A DNA stretch of 34,199 bases from Desulfobacteraceae bacterium (GCA_050050615.1 JASFTV010000003.1:1-34199); one strand, 5' to 3'. Counted from the stretch's first letter, positions 19,995 to 28,297 are shown. Translations and numbers: made by a program. Notes: a model not told the origin generated them from the letters alone.

Positions 19995-21722
19995 ATGAAT
20001 CAGGTGGCTGAAACCATAAGAGATGATTCCGCCGGGCAGGCTCGAATCCTTCTGATAGAGGATGAGTCGAGTGTGGCACAGGGGCTTCAAATGATCCTCA
20101 GAGAAGAGGGTTATGGCGTGGATTTGGCCAGGACGGGACAGAGTGCTCTGGATACCTTGAGCCATAAAGATTTTGACCTCCTGGTGGCCGATCTCCGATT
20201 GCCTGACATGGATGGCATGGAGGTGATTAAGCATGTAAAGGATGAGAGTCCGGATACCGAGGTTATCGTCATCACAGGATATGCAAACGTCCCATCAGCA
20301 GTGGAAGCCATGAAGACAGGCGCCTCCGGGTACTTGCCCAAACCGTTCGCGGACGACGTGTTCAAGGCAGCGGTGGAGGAGGCCCTGAAAGAGAAGAAGC
20401 GGGTGCCCACCGGGAACCACTTTAAGCCAGTGCAGCGTGAGGAAAAAAAGCTCATACAGAAGAGGGAAGTGATGCGAGTCCTGAAAAGAGCTTCCGATTT
20501 CATCACCAAGCCTTTTGATGATAAACCCATCATCGTCGGTCTTGATCGGGCCAGAGAGAATTACACGACCATGATGGAAGGGAGGGCAACGGACACATCC
20601 GAGGAGCTGGCAAAAACCATCCACTTCAGAAATAATCTGATTGAAAGCTCAATTGACGGCATTCTAGGGTGCGATAAAGATGGGAAAATCATCACTATCA
20701 ATAGAAGCCTGCAGAAGAACTTAGGTTATTCTCGGAACGAAGTATGCGAGAAAATGTCGTTCGATCAACTTCTTGAGATGGGGGGAGCAGAGAAGTTCAG
20801 AGAGAAACTGTATAGTGAAGAATGCGGAGGGAGAAACCGACTATTCCTCTTTGAGACAAACCTTGTTGACAAAACAGGAAAGAAAGTCCCGGTCCAGGTC
20901 TCGGCAACGGTCATGTTTGAGGAGGATATAGAGATAGGCATTGTGGCTTTCTTCAGGGACCTGAGAGAGCTCAGAAGACTGGAACGACAAATGACAGATC
21001 AAACCTCGCTCCTTCATCAGGACAAAATGATGTCCCTGGGCAGACTGGCCGCCAGCGTTGTCCATGAAATTAATAACCCTCTTACGGGCATCCTGAATTA
21101 TCTTCGACTTATGAGTAAGATCATGAATCGGGATGCCCTGAACCCGGAACATATACGTAAATTTCAAAGGTATTTGGATGTTGCCGAGAGCGAAACAGAC
21201 CGCTGCTCAGGGATCGTTTCCAATCTGCTCGCTTTCTCACGGAAATCCAAAATGGAATTTGGTGAGATGAGTGTCAATGAATTGCTGAAACGGTGCATTA
21301 TGCTCAGCCAGCACAAACTCACCTTGCAGAATATTCAGATCAAGACCGAACTGCAACCTGAGATTCCGCTCGTATGGGGAGACTTCAACCAGATCCAGCA
21401 ATGTGTGATCAATCTCATCTTTAACGCCATCGATGCCATGCCCGAAGGAGGTACGCTGAGCATTGGAAGTGCCTTGGATTCAAAAAAAAGGCTGGCAGAA
21501 ATAACGATCCGGGATACGGGATGTGGCATTCCCAAAGAGGATCTGCCCAATATCTTCGAGCCATTTTTCACCACCAAAGTGGAGGGAAAGGGACTCGGCC
21601 TCGGCCTATCCACCGTGTACGGCATCGTGAACCGGCACAAGGGAACGATGGCCGTGGAAAGTGAGGTAGGGCAGGGCACCACCTTCCACATCAAACTCCC
21701 TATCAGAAAGCCTGAAGGATGA
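19995..21722 (+). CDS. Cytoplasmic hybrid sensor kinase (REC-PAS-HisKA-HATPase), paralog of 10666-12225
   Basis: REC domain nearly identical to those of the HdrA fusion; PAS and kinase closely match the 10666 gene (NNLIESSIDGI, HEINNPL, GDFNQIQQCVINLIFNAIDAMP). ATG 19995 fits the RBS (ORF track starts at 19989). Confidence 0.92.
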   Translation: MNQVAETIRDDSAGQARILLIEDESSVAQGLQMILREEGYGVDLARTGQSALDTLSHKDFDLLVADLRLPDMDGMEVIKHVKDESPDTEVIVITGYANVPSAVEAMKTGASGYLPKPFADDVFKAAVEEALKEKKRVPTGNHFKPVQREEKKLIQKREVMRVLKRASDFITKPFDDKPIIVGLDRARENYTTMMEGRATDTSEELAKTIHFRNNLIESSIDGILGCDKDGKIITINRSLQKNLGYSRNEVCEKMSFDQLLEMGGAEKFREKLYSEECGGRNRLFLFETNLVDKTGKKVPVQVSATVMFEEDIEIGIVAFFRDLRELRRLERQMTDQTSLLHQDKMMSLGRLAASVVHEINNPLTGILNYLRLMSKIMNRDALNPEHIRKFQRYLDVAESETDRCSGIVSNLLAFSRKSKMEFGEMSVNELLKRCIMLSQHKLTLQNIQIKTELQPEIPLVWGDFNQIQQCVINLIFNAIDAMPEGGTLSIGSALDSKKRLAEITIRDTGCGIPKEDLPNIFEPFFTTKVEGKGLGLGLSTVYGIVNRHKGTMAVESEVGQGTTFHIKLPIRKPEG

Positions 21723-21781
21723 TTCGTCCAAGTCTTGTAAACAATGGCTACAATAGGCATAGCTAAAGGCAACACTTCTGT

Positions 21782-21815
21782 AACAGCTTAATTTTAAATG
21801 ACTATTTAAGCTGTT
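21782..21815. other. Perfect 10-bp inverted repeat AACAGCTTAA-N14-TTAAGCTGTT (terminator-like or protein-binding site)
   Basis: Seen directly, 60 nt after the kinase stop codon. AT-rich and without a clear U-tract. Confidence 0.35.
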
Positions 21816-21961
21816 CCCCGTCTTATCCCTTCGCAGTGTAGCCGTTTCCTTCATCATTTTTCCGCACGTAGACTTCTTCCAAAAGCACAAGCCTGAACCA
21901 AACGCAAGATCATTCAATCATTTCAGATACCTAAACCTAGAAAGGGCCACGTTTCGTTTTG

Positions 21962-21977
21962 TGGCATCCTCGTTGCT
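21962..21977 (+). promoter_or_regulatory. Sigma54 -24/-12 promoter (TGGCATCCTCGTTGCT)
   Basis: Near-consensus TGGCA-N6-TTGC (GG-N10-GC) upstream of the Cys-motif/GcvH-like genes. Confidence 0.78.
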
Positions 21978-22042
21978 TATATAGAGAGAAGAGGGCTTAG
22001 CGGAAGGAACCGTGAACCCCCAAAATCCTTAGTGATGACGAG

Positions 22043-22270
22043 GTGGTGGAGGTGAGGCATAGAATCATTCAAGCGGAAGCGAGGCGTCTGTCATACCGTG
22101 GCCATTGTATCCACGCTACAAAGGCTCGGACAAGCATACCCAAGATCTGCACTCGCAATTATGAGTGTTGGCATTGTGCCTTTGAGCAGTGGCTTGAGAC
22201 GATTGAAGAGGCACATCAGGCTGAGGGAAGCTGCCCGGTGGGGAGCAGTCTCTTATCAAAAGGCGCGTGA
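22043..22270 (+). CDS. Small protein with one C-x13-C-x5-C-x2-C motif, homologous to the N-terminal repeats of the next gene
   Basis: CIHATKARTSIPKICTRNYECWHCAFEQWL matches CRHALTGRVNAPKICTMNYECYHCPYDQML in 22307-23251. Start uncertain. Confidence 0.7.
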   Translation: MVEVRHRIIQAEARRLSYRGHCIHATKARTSIPKICTRNYECWHCAFEQWLETIEEAHQAEGSCPVGSSLLSKGA

Positions 22271-22306
22271 GGGATTGAAACACGTTCGAAGGAAGGAGCC
22301 AGAAAA

Positions 22307-23251
22307 ATGAAGGACAGAAAAGCAGCCAAAGAAAGAGGCAAGAAGAAGGAAAGGGTTCAGGGTTTCCAGGTCCTTGAACAGGAATGTATCTGGATGAAGG
22401 CGGGGGTCGTCAACTTCCGTCTCTGTGACAACGCCTATGATTGTTACAATTGTCCATTTGATCGCGGGATGAGAAAAGCGATGAATTTGGAACCGCAATC
22501 TGAGACCGGAGAGAGCCAGCCGGCATGGGTGGCGCATTTGAAGAGGAACTATCATGGCGCCTCTCGTCAGTGCCGCCATGCTTTGACGGGTCGCGTCAAT
22601 GCACCTAAGATATGTACCATGAACTACGAGTGCTACCATTGCCCTTACGATCAAATGCTGGATGAACTGGATATTGCCCGCCCTGCAGAGGCTCCCAGTT
22701 ACCAACTCGCCTCAGGGTATCGAATGGCTCAAGGCTATTATTATCATATGGGGCACAGCTGGGCTCGTTTTGAGCATGGTGGGCGTGTCAGGGTAGGATT
22801 TGATGATTTCCTCGTCAAGGTTTTTGGTGCCCCCAAAACCCTTACCCTTCCATTCCTGGGATCTCATTTGGTGCAAAACCAGGTGGGATGGTCATTCGCC
22901 CGGGATGATCACCGAGCCGCTGTTTTATCGCCCGTGTCAGGAACCGTCCTCGCTGTGAACCACAAGGCCCAAGACCACCCTGAAATCAGCCGGGAGGATC
23001 CTTATAGGGAAGGGTGGTTATTCATCTTGGAACCGAAGATGCCGAAGAGGGATCTTAAAGGACTCTATTTTGGGGATGACAGCTTTCAATGGATGGAGCA
23101 CGAAACCAAAGAACTGATGTCGCTTATGGGACCGGAATATGAACAATTGGCAGCCACAGGGGGTACACCGGTCAGCGACCTCTTCGGTCAGTTCCCGGTT
23201 GTCGGATGGGATAGCCTGGTGCGCACATTTCTCCGCACTGAAAAGATGTGA
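22307..23251 (+). CDS. GcvH (H-protein)-like protein lacking the lipoyl lysine, with two N-terminal 4-Cys repeats
   Basis: YYHMGHSWAR, VRVGFDDF, LSPVSGTVLAVN and DPYREGWL motifs. The ESVK motif is replaced by ARDDH. AAGGAG RBS. Confidence 0.85.
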   Translation: MKDRKAAKERGKKKERVQGFQVLEQECIWMKAGVVNFRLCDNAYDCYNCPFDRGMRKAMNLEPQSETGESQPAWVAHLKRNYHGASRQCRHALTGRVNAPKICTMNYECYHCPYDQMLDELDIARPAEAPSYQLASGYRMAQGYYYHMGHSWARFEHGGRVRVGFDDFLVKVFGAPKTLTLPFLGSHLVQNQVGWSFARDDHRAAVLSPVSGTVLAVNHKAQDHPEISREDPYREGWLFILEPKMPKRDLKGLYFGDDSFQWMEHETKELMSLMGPEYEQLAATGGTPVSDLFGQFPVVGWDSLVRTFLRTEKM

Positions 23252-23266
23252 AAAGTCGACTTCATT

Positions 23267-23362
23267 CTAGTGTGTTGTAACACAAATAACTTATCCAAAT
23301 GACAACGACGACCGCCGGCTGCGATAGAAGGTTGTCAAGTTATTTACGACACACAACACTAG
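23267..23362. mobile_element. 96-bp MITE-like element with CTAG ends and imperfect terminal inverted repeats
   Basis: Left end CTAGTGTGTTGTAACACAAATAACTT; right end reverse-complemented CTAGTGTTGTGTGTCGTAAATAACTT. Partial second copy at 27127-27195. Confidence 0.6.
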
Positions 23363-23407
23363 AAGCCCGGTCCTTCGAGACGGGTCCTATGGGTGCGGAT
23401 TCTTTGC

Positions 23408-23998
23408 TCACACCTCCTTTGACTCTTCAGTGCTTGTGTCACGAGGTCTGCTGAGGGTGAGGGCATCCCTCAGATAGACCGAGCAATACCTGCAGAAGTA
23501 GAGGGGCGTCCTATCTAAGTCTTCAATCTCCCCCGAAAAGCGCATAAGACACCTCTCATCCGTACAGTGGTGAAGATTGTACAGATGGCCCAGTTCATGG
23601 AGAGCGACCTTGGCTGCTCTCTCGATTTGAAGAGATGTGGCTGAACTGGGAACCTCAGAGCGGGTCTGTAGCCTGTGTAGAGAGACCAATGCAAATTTCC
23701 CTCCTTGCGTTGCCTCGCCAAAAACGTGGGTGAAGATTGGCACATATAGATCGACATCAAGGAGGCCAATCACCTTGTCGTAGTCATGAAAGGGCATGGA
23801 TTCAAAGGCATTAAGTATAGCACCCGCGTCATACTGAACCCGCCTTTCGTCGTAGGCATAGGTGGGATGGTCTAAGGGCGGGTGGATATCTGCGTCCAAG
23901 TTTAGATAACCGAGAATATGGGCCGCAATGGATTTTAGTGTGATTTCGGAAACTTTCCCAATGGGGACGATGCAGATAGGTCTCTGTTTTGAGCTCAT
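23408..23998 (-). CDS. amzA: Archaemetzincin-family Zn metalloprotease
   Basis: HELGHLYNLHHC-x4-CLM...FCRYC (HExxHxxxxxH plus Cys4 site); also RVQYDA, VDLY and VFGEA. Confidence 0.85.
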   Translation of the reverse strand: MSSKQRPICIVPIGKVSEITLKSIAAHILGYLNLDADIHPPLDHPTYAYDERRVQYDAGAILNAFESMPFHDYDKVIGLLDVDLYVPIFTHVFGEATQGGKFALVSLHRLQTRSEVPSSATSLQIERAAKVALHELGHLYNLHHCTDERCLMRFSGEIEDLDRTPLYFCRYCSVYLRDALTLSRPRDTSTEESKEV

Positions 23999-24023
23999 GG
24001 GCTGCGATTTTCCGCTGATGAGA

Positions 24024-25382
24024 TCAAGGTCTTGTCAAGTTGTGCCGTTTGATCATTTTGTGTAGGCTCACTCGATTAATATCCAGGATCTTGGAGGCCT
24101 TGGTCACATTCCAGTCGCAATCTACCAAAATCTGATGGATATAATCCTTTTCCATTTCACGCAGCGATCGCGGCTTTAGGCTCGGCATTGAAGAAGGGCG
24201 CAAAAAGGAGAAATCGCCGAGCCGGAGCGTCCTGGATTTGGATAGGACGACCGCTCTCTCAACAGCATTCTCTAATTCTCTCACGTTTCCAGGCCAGTCA
24301 TATTCTTCCAAAAGCCGCATGGCATCTCGGCTGACATGATCAACCCGTTTCGTCGTTTGATGGCTATATTTTTGAAGGAAATGCTGAACAAGGAGTGAAA
24401 TGTCCTCCTTCCTTTTTCTCAAAGGAGGAACGGGGATCGTAATCACGTTGATTCGATAGAAAAGGTCTTCTCGGAAAGTCCCCTTTGAGACCTCCTGCTC
24501 CAAGTCTTTTCTGGTGGCGGATATCAATCGAAAATCCACGTCGACAGGGAGTCTATCTCCGAGCTTGATGATTTTCTTTTCTTCCAGTACACGTAAAAGA
24601 TCGACCTGCATTTTCCGGCTGATCTCTCCTATTTCATCAAGGAAAAGGGTGCCGCCGGAGACGACTTCAAAGAATCCTTTGCGGGGGTGGTCTGCACCGG
24701 TAAAGGCTCCCTTCTGATGGCCGAAGAGCTCACTCTCCAGGAGGGTATCCGGAAGGGCACCACAGTTGATGGCGATAAATGGCAGGTGGGAGCGTTTGCT
24801 TTTGGCATGGATCGCTTTGGCTACCAGTTCTTTTCCAGTGCCTGTTTCCCCAACAATGAGAATGGAAGAATCGCTTTGTGCAACCTCTGGGATGAGATCG
24901 AAGACCTCCTGCATGGGTCGCGATTGGCCTATGATGTTATCGAAACGAGTGACTTCCTCCAACCGCCCTTTCATGTATTGATACTCGAAAGCCAACCTCT
25001 TTTGAGTGGCAACCTTTTCCAGAACAAGGGAAAGTTGGTCGGGTTTGAAGGGTTTGAGCAGATAGTCCACAGCCCCCATTTTCATTGCCTCCACGGCGGT
25101 CTCAATAGAACCGTAGGCCGTGATAATGATGACGATGGTGTCGGGGTATTCCTCCTTTACTTTTCCCAAAAGCTCAATGCCGTTCATGCCAGGCATCTTG
25201 ATGTCTATGAAGAGGAGATCAAAAGGGACCTTTTCAAGTTTTTCAAGAGCCTGAAAGCCTGAGGCTGCTGTTTCGACCTTGTGTCCGTATTTTTGAAACC
25301 AATGAAGAAAGGATTGCCGGACTATCCTTTCATCATCCACGACCATAATGCTCATCTTTTGATCCATGGCGGTTCTTCCCAT
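24024..25382 (-). CDS. Sigma54-dependent response regulator (NtrC/AtoC family)
   Basis: VDDE, IDIKMP, GETGTGKE, GAFTGA, LFLDEIG, WPGNVRELEN and HTH WNVTKASKIL. The start may be 25367. Confidence 0.93.
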   Translation of the reverse strand: MGRTAMDQKMSIMVVDDERIVRQSFLHWFQKYGHKVETAASGFQALEKLEKVPFDLLFIDIKMPGMNGIELLGKVKEEYPDTIVIIITAYGSIETAVEAMKMGAVDYLLKPFKPDQLSLVLEKVATQKRLAFEYQYMKGRLEEVTRFDNIIGQSRPMQEVFDLIPEVAQSDSSILIVGETGTGKELVAKAIHAKSKRSHLPFIAINCGALPDTLLESELFGHQKGAFTGADHPRKGFFEVVSGGTLFLDEIGEISRKMQVDLLRVLEEKKIIKLGDRLPVDVDFRLISATRKDLEQEVSKGTFREDLFYRINVITIPVPPLRKRKEDISLLVQHFLQKYSHQTTKRVDHVSRDAMRLLEEYDWPGNVRELENAVERAVVLSKSRTLRLGDFSFLRPSSMPSLKPRSLREMEKDYIHQILVDCDWNVTKASKILDINRVSLHKMIKRHNLTRP

Positions 25383-25395
25383 GCCTCCCTGGAAG

Positions 25396-26931
25396 TTATT
25401 GGATAGGGAAAGCTAAGGTGAAAACGCTTCCCTTTCCGACCTGGCTTTCCACTTTAATGTTCCCTTTATTCGCTCTTACAACACCGTGCACGATGGATAA
25501 CCCAAGCCCGGTCCCTTCTCCCTCTTCTTTAGTGGTGAAAAACGGATCAAAGATATGATCCACATTCTCCTCCGGGATCCCACACCCGGTATCCTGAATC
25601 TGTACAATAGCATTCTTTGAGGATTCGTCGAGCTCGGAGATCACGCTCAGTTTACCCCCCTGCGGCATAGCCTCAACGGCGTTGAAGATGAGATTGAGGA
25701 AACACTGTTGCAACTGGTTGATGTCTGCGTTAATGATTAAGGGTCTGGAAGCAATTTTTGTAATCAAATAGATATCCTGGATCTCCATCTTGTGGTGTGT
25801 CAAGGTAATAACTTCCTCCAGGATCTCATTAAGGTCAACGTTTTTGTGCTCTACTTCTGATTGACGGGAAAAAGAGAGCAGGCTGGATATGATGTTTCCG
25901 CACCGCTCCAACTCACTAGACATGATTGAAAGATAATCCCTGAATGCTTCTAGCTCCTCTGAACTTGGAGCTCCTCTTTCCAGTGTTGTTTCCATAAGAC
26001 GGCTGAATGTGAGTAGTCCCTGAATGGGATTGTTAATTTCGTGCACGCTACTCGCCACCAGTTTTCCCAGGGAGATCATTCGATCCTCTTGGATCAGCTT
26101 TTTCATGTCCGCCTTGAGTTCACTGATTCGTCGTTCCCATCTGGATGAAAGCTCCTCAGTGATATCCCTCCATATCTCTATGACCCGCACAATTTCGCCC
26201 GTCTGATCTTTCAAGGGATAGGTCACCATATTGCAGTAAATGGCATGCCCATCAGAAGTCGGGTGCTCGTGAAGGACATGGGCGGATTCTCCTGTTCTCA
26301 AGGTTTCCAGCAAGGGACATCCCAGTTCTGGGTGCGAACTGGAACAGGGCGCACTGAGGCCATGGGTGATTTCATAGCAGTGGGCCCCAATGACTTCCTC
26401 TTTTGGTTTCGCTACAGCCTTTAAATAGGCTTCATTTGCCTCGATGATGCTAAAATCAGACGTCAATACGATGATCCTTTCATTGGCCTGTTGGATCAGA
26501 AAGTCCGAGGCCCCCTTCTGAAGTTCCACCTGTTGCGCTGCACATCTCAGCCCTTGATTCATAATGAAAAGACTTCTCAATAGCCTACCGATGTTGTGTT
26601 CCAGAACGCCTACCCCTTTTGGCCTGACACGGATAAGTTCGAGAAGCACGTCCCGGCTATTGGTTAACTCAAGGACGCCGTCGAGGTTTTGGATTTTGAA
26701 GAGATCACGGAAATCATTTGTCGTATGAATCCCCATCTCTTTGGCAAGAAGAAAGCCTTCCGCCTCCGCATTCACATCACAGACCCCGACGACCTTTACG
26801 TTGAGGTAGGGGAAGAGGTCTTTCTGGAGAAGTCCCAAGAAAAATTTGCAAGCTCTCCCTCCTCCGACGATCGCCAGATTGAAAGATAGTTTTTCAGAAA
26901 CATGATTTGAGGTACTGTCCTTCTCCATCAT
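25396..26931 (-). CDS. Cytoplasmic sensor kinase with N-terminal Rossmann-like domain and Cys/His-bearing PAS domain
   Basis: LAIVGGGRAC..VVGVCD N-terminus; PAS with CYEITHG..PC..CP; HEINNPI, NLIFNAVEA, DTGCG and GTGLGL. Start at ATG 26931 or 26928 (ORF track starts at 26961). Confidence 0.88.
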   Translation of the reverse strand: MMEKDSTSNHVSEKLSFNLAIVGGGRACKFFLGLLQKDLFPYLNVKVVGVCDVNAEAEGFLLAKEMGIHTTNDFRDLFKIQNLDGVLELTNSRDVLLELIRVRPKGVGVLEHNIGRLLRSLFIMNQGLRCAAQQVELQKGASDFLIQQANERIIVLTSDFSIIEANEAYLKAVAKPKEEVIGAHCYEITHGLSAPCSSSHPELGCPLLETLRTGESAHVLHEHPTSDGHAIYCNMVTYPLKDQTGEIVRVIEIWRDITEELSSRWERRISELKADMKKLIQEDRMISLGKLVASSVHEINNPIQGLLTFSRLMETTLERGAPSSEELEAFRDYLSIMSSELERCGNIISSLLSFSRQSEVEHKNVDLNEILEEVITLTHHKMEIQDIYLITKIASRPLIINADINQLQQCFLNLIFNAVEAMPQGGKLSVISELDESSKNAIVQIQDTGCGIPEENVDHIFDPFFTTKEEGEGTGLGLSIVHGVVRANKGNIKVESQVGKGSVFTLAFPIQ

Positions 26932-27126
26932 GCTCCCATCCTTTCTCCTCCGGGCTGTCAAATCCCGAAAAGACCTTCATAATGCTCGGCCAACCTTGGC
27001 TTTCAGTCCCTGCGATCGATGGGTTTCATGGTTCAAGCAAAGGAGGTGTAAGTGCAGGCCAATAGAAATACCCGAAACAAGAGCCCCATTTCAGGAATGA
27101 GGCTCCCTTCTTCTCATGCGCGTCTG

Positions 27127-27195
27127 AATGACCAATCCCGACGGGCCCCCGCTGCGATTGAAGGTTGTCAAGTTAGTTGCGATACAGAATACTGG
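27127..27195 (+). repeat. Truncated copy of the 23267-23362 element (right half)
   Basis: GCTGCGATTGAAGGTTGTCAAGTTAGTTGCGATACAGAATACTGG versus GCTGCGATAGAAGGTTGTCAAGTTATTTACGACACACAACACTAG. Confidence 0.65.
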
Positions 27196-27349
27196 CGAAG
27201 CTTCGCCTCAAACCGATGAGGCTTTTGCCATCCCAGCTCCGCCAAAGACCCTGGCCCAGACCTGGCACTAACCGAGATATTTTGCCTGGTCACATTGCCT
27301 CATAGCAGAGAGACAATTGACGTGTACGTGCTATCGCATCAGGGCGGGC

Positions 27350-27384
27350 TTGACATTAATCCGCCCTCGGCGGATAAATGTTAA
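27350..27384. terminator. Hairpin TTGACATTAATCCGCC-CTC-GGCGGATAAATGTTAA downstream of the ORP-like operon
   Basis: 16-bp imperfect stem about 46 nt past the stop of 27431. Could be a terminator or a REP-like hairpin. Confidence 0.4.
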
Positions 27385-27430
27385 GATCTTGAGCTATGAA
27401 GACAGCTAATTGGTGGTAAAACATGGATCC

Positions 27431-28297
27431 TCAAAGGTTCATTTTGTGAGCCAGATTCTCCCATATCAAGCGGACAGCCCTTCCGGCCTCTGTGTGTGTA
27501 TTGTATTCGAAGATCGTCTGTCCCCGCACCATTGCCATCGTAAATACGGGATCAAATGGAATATGACCGATGAAACTCAACCCCTTTTCTTCGGCAAATC
27601 TTTCAATGTCGCGACTTGTATCAACGTTGAGATCAAACTTGTTGATACACACCATGGCGGGCACCTTGAAAAAGCCGGCCAATTCAGCGACACGCTCCAT
27701 ATCGTGTCTGCCTGAAACTGTGGGTTCGGTCACAATAAGGGCCGCGCTGGCTCCTCCCAGGGAGGCAATCACCGGGCAGCCGACCCCCGGGGGGCCGTCT
27801 GTCAAGATGAGATCAAGCCCCTGTTCCAGAGCGAGCTTCCTGGCCTCTTGTCTCACAAGGGTGGCCAATTTACCGGAGTTCTCCTCGGCAATGCCGAGTC
27901 TGGCATGGACCATGGGGCCAAAGCGTGTCTCAGATATATACCATTCACCACACGTATTGATCGGGAAGTCTATCGCTTCCTGAGGACAGAAATAGACACA
28001 GACGCCGCAGCCCTCGCACGCAATAGGGTCCACCTTGAAATGCTCGTTAATCGCGTGCCACCTGCACAAATCTTGACACAAGCCGCACTCCGTACATTTT
28101 TCGAGATCAATGATTGCCGTATGGCCGCTCTGGAAGTCTTCCCTTATGCGGTGCGTCGGATCCATAATGAGATGAAGATCAGCCGCATCCACATCGGCAT
28201 CACAAAGCACCTTCCTATCCGCAATGGAAGCAAAGGCAGCCATAAGACTGGTCTTGCCTGTTCCGCCTTTGCCGCTGATGACGACCATTTCTTTCAT
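27431..28297 (-). CDS. MinD/CobQ-like P-loop ATPase with inserted 2x[4Fe-4S] ferredoxin (ORP-complex ATPase type)
   Basis: SGKGGTGKT, DADVDAADL, CTECGLCQDLC, CEGCGVCVYFCP, EENSGKL, DGPPGVGCP and VTEPT motifs. Start at ATG 28297. Confidence 0.9.
   Translation of the reverse strand: MKEMVVISGKGGTGKTSLMAAFASIADRKVLCDADVDAADLHLIMDPTHRIREDFQSGHTAIIDLEKCTECGLCQDLCRWHAINEHFKVDPIACEGCGVCVYFCPQEAIDFPINTCGEWYISETRFGPMVHARLGIAEENSGKLATLVRQEARKLALEQGLDLILTDGPPGVGCPVIASLGGASAALIVTEPTVSGRHDMERVAELAGFFKVPAMVCINKFDLNVDTSRDIERFAEEKGLSFIGHIPFDPVFTMAMVRGQTIFEYNTHTEAGRAVRLIWENLAHKMNL

Noticed and set aside
22307-23251. True glycine cleavage H protein (gcvH)
   Set aside because: The lipoyl Lys is absent, there is an extra Cys-rich domain, and no gcvT/P genes are nearby.
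27040-27220. Strong AAGGAGGTG RBS followed by a ~55-codon plus-strand frame
   Set aside because: The frame runs through a hairpin and a repeat relic and shows no protein-like features.
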